A stretch of 20,000 nt of DNA from the NCBI GenBank assembly GCA_046331705.1, contig JAXLQJ010000045.1, positions 44,252 to 64,251 of the forward strand, read 5' to 3'. The notes beneath the pieces are model-generated. The model was given only the letters and a program-made list of their open reading frames with translations, did no database searches and had not been told where the DNA came from. The DNA is from a bacterium. Its GTDB lineage: Bacteria; JADJOY01. Every line of letters starts with the position of its first letter. Positions within the stretch are counted from its first letter, which is position 1. Shown piece after piece: positions 1 to 9,088 of this stretch. The position numbers and the translations under genes are program-made.

Positions 1-696
1 CTCGCGGCCATCGCCGCGCGCGCCGGAGCCGCCATCCGCACGGACGCGGCGGTGGAATCGGTGCGCTCCACGGGGAGGGGCTTTCGCGTCGAGCTCCGAT
101 CCGGCGCGGAGATCGAGACCCGGGCCGTCGTGGTCGCAGGAAGCCCCGAGCTCGCGGCTCGCCTGGCCGACGGTTCGCCCGCGCTCGATCGCGCGGCGGC
201 GGACGCGGTGCCCGTGACGGCCGCGTGTCTCGACGTGGCGCTCGAGTCCTTGCCCGAGCCCACGCGAACGTTCGCGATCGGCTTCGATCGTCCGCTCTAT
301 TTCTCCGTTCACAGCAAGTCGGCGGCGCTCGCCCCCGCCGGCGGCGCCGTGATCCACGTGGCGAAATACCTGGCTCCCCACGGCTCGCCGGACGCGTCGG
401 GCGAGCGCGCCGAGCTCGAAGCGTGGCTCGATCGGCTCCAACCGGGCTGGCGAGCGCGTGTCGTGCACCAGCGCTACTTGAGGCGCATGGTCGTGCAGCA
501 CGATCTCGTTCACGCGAGCCGCGGCGGGCTCGCGGGCCGACCAGCGGCGGAGGTGCCCGATCGACCGGGCTTCTTCGTCGCCGGCGATTGGACCGGGCCG
601 GGCGGCTTCCTGGCCGACGCGAGCCTCGCCAGCGCACGGCGAGCGGCGAGCGTCGTCCGGACCCATCTGGCGGGCCGCACGCGGGCGGCCGCCTGA
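1..696 (+). CDS. FAD-dependent oxidoreductase (phytoene dehydrogenase/amine oxidase-like), C-terminal part; 5' end lies outside the window
   Basis: Frame 1 is open from base 1 (LAAIAARAGAAIRTDAAVESV...) to TGA at 694-696. It contains the C-terminal FAD-binding motif 'PGFFVAGDWTG...LADASLASARRAA' and 'PLYFSVHS'. It lies directly upstream of an ECF41 sigma factor, a known context for that group. Confidence 0.8.
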   Translation, partial: LAAIAARAGAAIRTDAAVESVRSTGRGFRVELRSGAEIETRAVVVAGSPELAARLADGSPALDRAAADAVPVTAACLDVALESLPEPTRTFAIGFDRPLYFSVHSKSAALAPAGGAVIHVAKYLAPHGSPDASGERAELEAWLDRLQPGWRARVVHQRYLRRMVVQHDLVHASRGGLAGRPAAEVPDRPGFFVAGDWTGPGGFLADASLASARRAASVVRTHLAGRTRAAA

Positions 697-725
697 GCCC
701 CCGCGCGCAACGGGAGGCTGCCATC

Positions 726-1742
726 GTGCTATCCATCGGCTCCGCCTCGCTCGACCGCGACGCACCGGATCCAAGCATGGTCGCCGCCTTCGACTCCGCG
801 CAGCAGGCGTTCGTGGCCCATCGCGGGTTCCTGTGGTCGATCGCGTACCGCATGGTCGGCAGCGCCGCGGACGCGGACGACGTGGTTCAAGACGCATTCG
901 TGCGGGCGCTGGAACGTCCGCCGGCGCGCCTCGACGAGCCGCTGCGCCCCTGGCTCACGCGCGTGACGATGAACCTCGCGCGCGATCGGCTGCGCGCCCG
1001 CAAGCGCGCCGGCTACGTCGGGCCGTGGTTGCCCGCTCCGATCGAGCACGATCCGCTCGCGGCCGAGCTCGCCGAGGCGCCCGAGCTCTCACCCTCCGCG
1101 CGTTACGACCTGCGGGAGAGCGCGTCGTTCGCGTTCTTGCTGGCGCTCGAGGCGCTCACTCCCAACCAGCGCGCCGTGCTCTTGATGCGCGACGTCCTCG
1201 ACGCGTCGGTGGAGGAGACCGCGGACGTGCTCGGGCTGAGCGCGGCCAACGTGAAAGTGCAGCACCACCGCGCACGCAAGCGGCTCGAGACCTACGAGCG
1301 CACGCGCGAGGCGAGTGCCGCCTCGCGGGAGCGGAGCCACGAGACCTTGGCCCGCTTCCTGGCGTGCCTCGCGAGCGGCGACCTGGACGGCCTTCAGGAA
1401 CTGCTCGCCGACGACGTCCGGATCCTGAGCGACGGCGGGGGCGAGTTCCACGCGGCGCGAGTGCCGGTGGTGGGTGCGGCGAAAGCGATCCGGTTCCTGC
1501 TCAACATCCGGCGCTGGTGGTCCGACGGCGGCAACCAGGCGATCAAGATCCTGAACGGCGAGCCCGCGTTCGTCGGCGAAGTTCCGGCGACGAAGCCGAG
1601 CTATCCGAGCCGCATCGTGACCCGGATCGAGGTCGACGGGCGCGGCAAGATCCGCGAGATCCACAGCGTCCTCGCCACCGCCAAGCTCGGCGCCGTGTTT
1701 CGCGGCGACGACGCCGAGCTCACAAGTAGAGACGGACGCTGA
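726..1742 (+). CDS. ECF sigma factor, ECF41/SigJ type with C-terminal SnoaL-like extension
   Basis: GGAGG at 713-717 precedes GTG 726; the alternative start is ATG 777. Region 2: 'AYRMVGSAADADDVVQDAF'. Linker: 'YVGPWLPAP' (WLPEP-like). Region 4: 'LEALTPNQRAVLLMRDV...ETADVLG'. SnoaL motifs: 'SDGGG' and 'NGEP'. Confidence 0.92.
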   Translation: MLSIGSASLDRDAPDPSMVAAFDSAQQAFVAHRGFLWSIAYRMVGSAADADDVVQDAFVRALERPPARLDEPLRPWLTRVTMNLARDRLRARKRAGYVGPWLPAPIEHDPLAAELAEAPELSPSARYDLRESASFAFLLALEALTPNQRAVLLMRDVLDASVEETADVLGLSAANVKVQHHRARKRLETYERTREASAASRERSHETLARFLACLASGDLDGLQELLADDVRILSDGGGEFHAARVPVVGAAKAIRFLLNIRRWWSDGGNQAIKILNGEPAFVGEVPATKPSYPSRIVTRIEVDGRGKIREIHSVLATAKLGAVFRGDDAELTSRDGR

Positions 1743-3723
1743 GCAAGCCCTCGTAGGCGCCGCGCCAGCGGGTGGCCTCGGCGCGCAGCTCGAGGTCGCG
1801 CGCGAGCGAGATCGAGCTCACGCCGTGCACGCGAAAATTCACGCCGTCGGCGCCGCCGTCGTCGAACGAATCGGGTCGGTCGATGCCGAGGAATGGGTAG
1901 AGGTAGCCCGCCTCGAGCTGCACCCGCCAGACGTCGAGCGGCTGGACGAGGGTTCCGATCGACGCACCCGCTTCGAGCCGATAGCGATCGCGAAACGGCG
2001 CGCCCACGCCGGCATCGAGATCGGCGAACGTGTACGCGAATCCTGGCGCGAACCGCTCCCAGCCGAGGGTGAGCCCCACCCCGCCCGCGACCCCGCCGTA
2101 CACGCAATTCCAGCCGGCGCACGCGTCCTCGCGAATCCGATCGAGCCCGACGTAGACGTGCCACGACGGCCGGATCACCCACGGATCGAGGGGTGCGAGC
2201 GACACGATCCGCGCCAGGAAAGCACGGTCCAGCTCGAACGCCGGGGCTTCCTCGCCGTAGGCCCGCGCCTCGAGCCCGAACATCTCGATCTGCGTGCCGG
2301 GCATGTAGCCCGCGGCGGGGTCGAGAAGATCGTGGAGCGCGCCACGCAGGTAGAGATCCGCGAAGGCGCCGCGCGTGCCGAAGCCGCCACCCAGCGTGAT
2401 CGCCGACGAGCCGTGTCCCGACTCGGGCGCGGGCGGCGCCGCGACGTCCGCCGCCGACGGAGGCGCGCCGAGCTTGCCGCGCGCCACCAGCAGCGCGCGC
2501 TCGAGTCCGCTGGCCGCCGTCATGGGCGACGCCTCGGCGCGATAGCGAACCAGCTCGTACGCGGTGTCGAGGACCGCCACGCGACGCTCGGCCGCGATCT
2601 CCTCGAGCAGCGTCGCCGGCTCGCCGCCGTGTGGATCGGCGAGCTTCTCGGCGGCGACGACCTCGGCGGCGCTCAGCGCCTCGCGGCGTGCCGTCATCAC
2701 GCGGAATCGCGACGGGCGGAATCGTGACGACGCCACCAATCCAGGCGTGTCCACGATCGCCTTCACCGTGTCGCCGGGAATCACCCACTTCTGAAAGGCG
2801 TCGGTGAGATGAAGCGAGGGATCGCCAGCCTCGAGCACCGCGAGCAAGTGATACGAGCAGTTCTCGCTCAGGTAGTAGTAGTCGAACCACGCGTGGCCGA
2901 GCTCCCAGAGGTGCTCGACCATGCGCGCGACCGCGGCGCGGTCGAGGCTCAAGCGGTATTCCCAGATGTCGCGATCCTCCATGTCCGCGTACTCCTGGAC
3001 CTTGAGGTAATACGGCATCGTCGCGAAATAGCCGGGAAACCCGCCGCCGAGACCCATGAACGTGTAGAGGATGGGATTCTCGGTCGTCGGCAGCGCCGCG
3101 TAGTTCACGGCGTAGGCGAGGAGATCGTCGGCGTTGCCCTCGCGCTCGCGGTTGAGGCGCAGCAACGTGTGACCGAACATCGACGACGGCCCGTTCGGAT
3201 ACGCGGACGCGAAGATCAAGGTCGCCGAGTCGGCGCGAATGGTGTCGCGCCAATGGTCGAAGCGATCGCAGGGAGCGCGCGGCACGACCAGCGGATCGAA
3301 GTGGAGCCGAGAATCGAGCCACGCGAAGCGCGCGGGAAATCGGCAGCGCGCCGGCTCCGGGCTCCCCTCTTCGCTCTGATCCAGGTCGAACGCCTGGTCG
3401 ACGAACGCGGTGAGCGTCGCGTCCAGCTCCGCCTGCGGGTTGGTCTTGCCGTCGGGGGCCAGGAAGAACGCGGCGGCGTCGACCTCGCTGGTGACGCCGC
3501 TCGTGAGGCGGTTGGCGCGGTAATGGCCGAGCACCTGCCACTCGCGCGATTCGGCGAGGCCGAGCTCGCGCGCCCGCGCGATCCATTCGTCGCGCGCGTG
3601 TGCCCGCAGACCGCCTAACCAGTCCGCCGATGGAGCACCTGGCGGGCACCCCGTCGTGGCGCAGAGCAGGACCAGCGCGCCGACTCCGCGCGCCGCCCAC
3701 CGGCGGCCCCGAGAACCGTTCAT
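1720..3723 (-). CDS. DUF4105 (Lnb N-terminal-like) domain envelope protein, probable lipoprotein signal, C-terminal beta-strand-rich region
   Basis: Motifs 'CRFPARFAWL', 'SMFGHTLLR', 'VNYAA', 'YADMEDRDIWEYRL', 'DYYYLSENCSY' and 'FRPS'. The N-terminus is basic, then hydrophobic, ending in 'ATTGC'. The C-terminus has amphipathic strands ending 'LSVRLYL'. It overlaps the sigma-factor stop convergently by 23 bp. Confidence 0.85.
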   Translation of the reverse strand: MNGSRGRRWAARGVGALVLLCATTGCPPGAPSADWLGGLRAHARDEWIARARELGLAESREWQVLGHYRANRLTSGVTSEVDAAAFFLAPDGKTNPQAELDATLTAFVDQAFDLDQSEEGSPEPARCRFPARFAWLDSRLHFDPLVVPRAPCDRFDHWRDTIRADSATLIFASAYPNGPSSMFGHTLLRLNREREGNADDLLAYAVNYAALPTTENPILYTFMGLGGGFPGYFATMPYYLKVQEYADMEDRDIWEYRLSLDRAAVARMVEHLWELGHAWFDYYYLSENCSYHLLAVLEAGDPSLHLTDAFQKWVIPGDTVKAIVDTPGLVASSRFRPSRFRVMTARREALSAAEVVAAEKLADPHGGEPATLLEEIAAERRVAVLDTAYELVRYRAEASPMTAASGLERALLVARGKLGAPPSAADVAAPPAPESGHGSSAITLGGGFGTRGAFADLYLRGALHDLLDPAAGYMPGTQIEMFGLEARAYGEEAPAFELDRAFLARIVSLAPLDPWVIRPSWHVYVGLDRIREDACAGWNCVYGGVAGGVGLTLGWERFAPGFAYTFADLDAGVGAPFRDRYRLEAGASIGTLVQPLDVWRVQLEAGYLYPFLGIDRPDSFDDGGADGVNFRVHGVSSISLARDLELRAEATRWRGAYEGLLSVRLYL

Positions 3724-3735
3724 CGCGAGGATCGG

Positions 3736-3772
3736 AAAACGCGCGGCCCGGCCGGAGATCCGACCGGGCCGC
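3736..3772 (-). terminator. GC-rich hairpin with short U-tract between DUF3015 and DUF4105 genes (possible leaky terminator or mRNA stabiliser)
   Basis: The minus strand reads GCGGCCCGGTCGG-ATCT-CCGGCCGGGCCGC then GCGTTTT. The stem is 13 bp with one G-U pair, which works only on the minus-strand RNA. Confidence 0.5.
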
Positions 3773-3813
3773 AGGAATCGAGCACCGTCACGGAGTGCGC
3801 GACGGCGTCGCGC

Positions 3814-4320
3814 TCAGAGCTTGGTGCAGCCGTGCGCGAACGTGTCGTTCGAGGCCAAGGCACCCTTGAACGAGACCAGCGCGTCGCTGGCCGAGGTGCT
3901 CTCGCTGGGGAACGTCTTGCTGTAGTTGGCCTGGGCGAACTCGCCCACCGCGGGCGTGAGGCTCGGATCGCAGCCGAGCAACGTGGTGAATGCAGCGAGG
4001 TACTCGCCGCCGCCGCTCGCCATGTCGCGCTCGAGGTTCTCGAGGTTGGCCTCGGCGAACGCCTGCTGCTCCTTCTCGCCCATCAGCGTTCCGTCCGTGG
4101 TGCAGTTGGACGTGCCGGTCGAGATGCCGAAGGTCTGGGTTCCGAACGAACCGTTGAGCGTGGACGACACGACCTGGCCCACCTTGTGGTTCTTCTCGAT
4201 GAGGATCGAGCCGAGACCGCAACCCGAGGGACCGAGCGCCCGCGCCGGGATCACGGTCGCCGCGATCAAGCCCGCCGAGCCCACCACCGCTGCAGCAATC
4301 CAACCCAACGTTCGCTTCAT
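3814..4320 (-). CDS. DUF3015 family secreted protein
   Basis: AGGAGG precedes ATG 4320. Signal peptide MKRTLGW...PARA. Motifs 'GCGLGS', 'QTFGISTGTSNC', 'L..DMASGGGEYLAA' and 'LLGC'. It is adjacent to a DUF4105 gene. Confidence 0.88.
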   Translation of the reverse strand: MKRTLGWIAAAVVGSAGLIAATVIPARALGPSGCGLGSILIEKNHKVGQVVSSTLNGSFGTQTFGISTGTSNCTTDGTLMGEKEQQAFAEANLENLERDMASGGGEYLAAFTTLLGCDPSLTPAVGEFAQANYSKTFPSESTSASDALVSFKGALASNDTFAHGCTKL

Positions 4321-4422
4321 GAAGCCTCCTGTGCGTGCGTGCCTTCGCTTGGTCGGCACGCGGTTCGAGTACGCCATTTCCAGCCCATGCGCGCGCACGG
4401 TGCCACGCGGCGCAACGGCCCG

Positions 4423-5949
4423 TCAAGACGATCGAGCAGGCGATCGAGCAGGCGATCGACGCCTGGTCGGCCGAGCCGCGGCACGACCGGTGCCGCGAGC
4501 GATGGCGCGGATGCGCACGGTGTCGGTGGCGCCGCGCGCGCGCAGCCGACCCGCCACCAGCACCACGCGATCGCCGGGCCCGGCGCAGCCCAGCCCCACC
4601 GCCGACTGCTCGGCGGCGGCCAGGAGCGGCTCGATCGCCGTCCCGCGCGGCAGCCGTCCCGCCACGACTCCCCATTCGAGGGCGAGCTGGCGCCAGGTGG
4701 TGGGCTCGGGCGTGAGCGCCACCACCGGCATCACGAGCCGCTCACGCGCCACCAGGCTCGCGGTGCGCCCGCTCTCCGTCAGCACGATCACGGCGCTCGC
4801 GCGCGCCTCGGTGGCCGCCCGCGCCGCCGCGCGCGCGGTCGCCTCGGCGGTGGTCGCGGCGACATCGAGGTGTGCGCGCGATTCGGCTCCGGGCGGAAAT
4901 GCGGCGAGCTCGCCCGCGTCGAGTCGCGCGCCGATGTCGGCCTCCGCCTTGCGCACGATCCGGTCCATCGTGGCGAGCGCCTCCACGGGATACGCACCGC
5001 TCGCGGTCTCGCCCGAGAGCATCACGGCGGTGGTGCCGTCGTAGATCGCGTTGGCCACGTCGGAGGCCTCGGCGCGCGTGGGACGCGCGTGCTCGATCAT
5101 CGATTCGAGCATCTGCGTGGCGGTGATCACCGGCTTGGCGTGGGCGACCGCCAGGCGAACGAGTCGCTTCTGGATTCCGGGCACGTCCTCGGGGCCGATC
5201 TCGACCCCCATGTCGCCGCGGGCGATCATGACGGCGTCGGCGACGGCCACGATCTCGTCGATCCGCGCGACCGCTTCCGGCCGCTCGATCTTGGCGACGA
5301 CGTTCGCCCGGCCGCCGAGCGCCACGATGCGCCGCTTCAGGTCCCGCACCTCCGCGGCACTGCGCACGAACGACAGCGCGACGAAGTCGACCCCAAGCCG
5401 CACACACAGCGCCAGGTCAGCCAGATCCTTGGGCGTGAGCGCCGGCGTGCGGATGTGCGTGCCGGGCAGGTTGATGCCGCGGTGCTCGCGCAGCAGCCCG
5501 CCCACACGGACCCGCGTGTGCACCGCGCGGCCCTCGACACGTCGCGCCTCGAGCTCGAGATTGCCGTCGTCGAGCAAGATCCGCTCGCCAGGACGCACGT
5601 CGCGCGCCAGCCCCGCGTACGTGCAGCCGATCCGCCCGGGCTCGCCGACGACGTCCTCGCTCGCCACGACGATGAGCTCGGCGCCGCGACGCAGCGCGAT
5701 CGGCGCGCCGTCGCGAAGCCGGCCGACGCGGATCTTCGGCCCCTGCAGATCGGCCAGCAGCGCCACGGGCCGGCCCGCTGCGCGGGAAACGCGGCGCACG
5801 CGCCGTGCGAGGCGCGCGTGCGATGCGTGATCGCCGTGCGAGAAGTTGAGCCGGAACACGTCGGCGCCGGCGCGCACCAGCAACGCGATGGTGTGCTCGT
5901 CGGCGCTCGCCGGCCCCAGCGTCGCGACGATCTTGGTGCGCCGGCGCAT
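4423..5949 (-). CDS. pyk: Pyruvate kinase
   Basis: Motifs 'RRTKIVATLGPAS', 'FRLNFSHG', 'DLQGPKIR', 'AKIE', 'MIARGDMGVE', 'ATQMLESM', 'PTRAEASDVANA', 'DGT.AVMLSGETA.G.YP'. An alternative start is ATG 5988. Confidence 0.97.
   Translation of the reverse strand: MRRRTKIVATLGPASADEHTIALLVRAGADVFRLNFSHGDHASHARLARRVRRVSRAAGRPVALLADLQGPKIRVGRLRDGAPIALRRGAELIVVASEDVVGEPGRIGCTYAGLARDVRPGERILLDDGNLELEARRVEGRAVHTRVRVGGLLREHRGINLPGTHIRTPALTPKDLADLALCVRLGVDFVALSFVRSAAEVRDLKRRIVALGGRANVVAKIERPEAVARIDEIVAVADAVMIARGDMGVEIGPEDVPGIQKRLVRLAVAHAKPVITATQMLESMIEHARPTRAEASDVANAIYDGTTAVMLSGETASGAYPVEALATMDRIVRKAEADIGARLDAGELAAFPPGAESRAHLDVAATTAEATARAAARAATEARASAVIVLTESGRTASLVARERLVMPVVALTPEPTTWRQLALEWGVVAGRLPRGTAIEPLLAAAEQSAVGLGCAGPGDRVVLVAGRLRARGATDTVRIRAIARGTGRAAARPTRRRSPARSPARSS
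4429..4459. repeat. 12-bp tandem repeat (CGATCGAGCAGG x ~2.6) at the 3' end of pyk
   Basis: Copies at 4429-4440, 4441-4452 and a partial copy at 4453-4459. It encodes the RSPA-RSPA-RS tail. Confidence 0.75.
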
Positions 5950-6006
5950 GGCGTTCGTTTCGTGGCGTGCTCGCGCTGCCTCAGACATCGCCTGGCCAGC
6001 CACGGC

Positions 6007-6420
6007 TCAGATGAATGGGTTCACGACCCGGATCGCCCCGTACCGCTGCCCCGAGCTCAAGTCTTCGCTGTAGACGACCCCCGCTCCGAGCGCTTCCGCC
6101 GCGGCAAGAATGGCGCCGTCCCAATACGAGATCCGAAACCGGCGGCTGATCACCGCGGCGACCTTGACGAGGCTCGAATCGATGGCGATGCAAGGAAACG
6201 CCTCGAGCTGCTCGATCCACGCGACCGCTTCCGCCGGCGAGAGTGGGACCGCGATCTTGTGAACGACCGTGACGTAGAACTCTTGCAACACCTGCGCAGA
6301 CAAGCCGAACTCGGCCTGAGCGAGCAAGTCACGGGCTCGTTCTCGTTTTCGTACCTCGCGCTCCTGACCGGCAGCTGCGTACACCAGCACGTTGGTGTCG
6401 AGCAGGCACTCAACGCTCAT
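6007..6420 (-). CDS. vapC: PIN-domain (VapC-type) toxin ribonuclease
   Basis: Conserved acidic residues in 'LLDTNVLVY', 'QVLQEFY', 'SYWDGAI' and 'YSEDL'; ends 'VVNPF'. Its start overlaps the antitoxin stop by 11 nt. Confidence 0.93.
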   Translation of the reverse strand: MSVECLLDTNVLVYAAAGQEREVRKRERARDLLAQAEFGLSAQVLQEFYVTVVHKIAVPLSPAEAVAWIEQLEAFPCIAIDSSLVKVAAVISRRFRISYWDGAILAAAEALGAGVVYSEDLSSGQRYGAIRVVNPFI

Positions 6421-6640
6421 GGAGGTCGTCGCGACTCCACGTCTTGGGACCGATTCGCGCCTTGGATCGATTGCTCAGATCGAGCAGTCGCCGGCGGGCG
6501 CGGCGGGCGCGGTCCTCACGCGTTGCGATCTCAGTCAGGAACTCGCGCACGAGGCGGTTCACCGACGAGTGGCGAGCCGCGGCGTATTGCCGGGCCGCCG
6601 CGAGGACGGATTCGTCGACGCTCAACGTGAGATTCTTCAT
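6410..6640 (-). CDS. Antitoxin, ribbon-helix-helix (DUF6364/CopG-like)
   Basis: 76 aa. The beta-alpha-alpha N-terminus reads 'MKNLTLSVDESVLAAARQYAAARHSSVNRLVREFL' and the C-terminus 'WSRDDLHER'. It lies directly upstream of the PIN toxin. Confidence 0.88.
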   Translation of the reverse strand: MKNLTLSVDESVLAAARQYAAARHSSVNRLVREFLTEIATREDRARRARRRLLDLSNRSKARIGPKTWSRDDLHER

Positions 6641-6675
6641 GCACACAGTTTACGTGTGACTGTGCGCTTGCTCAA
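6641..6675 (-). promoter_or_regulatory. Sigma70-type promoter for the TA pair (TTGAGC-17-TAAACT), probably leaderless, overlapped by an inverted-repeat operator
   Basis: On the minus strand, -35 TTGAGC is at 6675-6670, followed by a 17-bp spacer and -10 TAAACT at 6652-6647. The ATG lies 6 nt after the -10 with no Shine-Dalgarno. The inverted repeat GCACACAGT (6641-6649) / ACTGTGCGC (6659-6667) matches 8/9. Confidence 0.72.
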
Positions 6676-6689
6676 CACCACCTGCGAGG

Positions 6690-7623
6690 CTACTGCGGCG
6701 CACCCACCGGCACCACGTCGTGGAAACGCGTGAGATCGACGCTGCGACGCCCGTCGGCGCTCACGCTCAGCACGTCCACGAAGCGCGCGTTCCAGACGAT
6801 CTCCGCGGCAACGTAGGAACGCCGCGCGTGAACCGTCTGCGAGAAGGTGTCGTCGATGCCGCTCAGCACCACGATGATCTCGGCATCGCGCTCCGCCAGT
6901 TCCGCGGCGCTCAATCCGTTGAGCGGGCTGAGCTCGTCGATGGGATGAATCGCGGTCCACGAGAACGCGAACACCGGGCTCTCGCTGCGGAGAAAGCGCA
7001 GGTCCTCGACCCGGCGGATCGGCTCGCCCTCGGCCGTGAAGGAATTCGTCGCGATCACCGCCCGCAGGTGCGCCTCGACGAGCTGATTCGCGCGCTGATT
7101 GGCCATGCGGAAGATCAGGCACGGCATGCCCTCGCGGCGCGTGACCAAGGCCACGTTGCTGAACAGCACGCGCGCGCGGGGCTGGGCGAACTTCGAGTAC
7201 ATGAGGCCCGTGGCCACCGCGAATCCGAGCAATCCGACGAGCGACTCGAGGGCCACCAGCGAGTTCGCGTAGAGGCCGCGCGGCGCCATCGTGCCGTAAC
7301 CGATCGTCGCCATGGTCTGGATGGAGAAGAAGAACGCGTCGAGGAACGAATGCGGGCGCGCATGCTCGATCACGTCGCCACCGAGAACGTAGAGCGTGGC
7401 GAACATGGCGTTGGCCGAGACGTAGAAGAGCCCGAGCAAGGCGATGAGCACCGGCCACGGCATCGAGAGCAGGCGGTGATAGAGATCGGTGAGTGGGTGC
7501 TGGCGCGCGCCGACCAGGGCGATGTTCGAGCGCCCGCTCGCGTCCAGGACGCGCATGGCGCGCGCGTGGACCCCTGGCACGCCATGCGGCGACACTTGGC
7601 TGGAGTCGTCCCTCGACGACATC

Positions 7624-7634
<11 letters not shown>
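6690..7634 (-). CDS. Inward-rectifier potassium channel (KirBac family)
   Basis: Slide helix 'DLYHRLLSMPW', pore 'AFFFSIQTMATIGYG', and 'KFAQPRARVLFS', 'FRMANQRAN', 'WTAIHPIDELSPL', 'FVDVL...DLTRFHDV'. The start is uncertain (TTG 7634, ATG 7622 or ATG 7556). Confidence 0.95.
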
Positions 7635-9054
<1,420 letters not shown>

Positions 9055-9088
9055 GACGCGCCTTTCCGAGAACGCCCGCCGACGAGGA

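Noticed and set aside
225..725. N-terminal extension of the sigma-factor ORF from 225
   Set aside because: It overlaps the oxidoreductase out of frame. The SD at 713-717 supports a start at 726 (or 777).
1720..1742. Convergent 23-bp overlap as an antisense regulatory device
   Set aside because: Short 3' overlaps are common in GC-rich genomes, and nothing else here supports a regulatory role.
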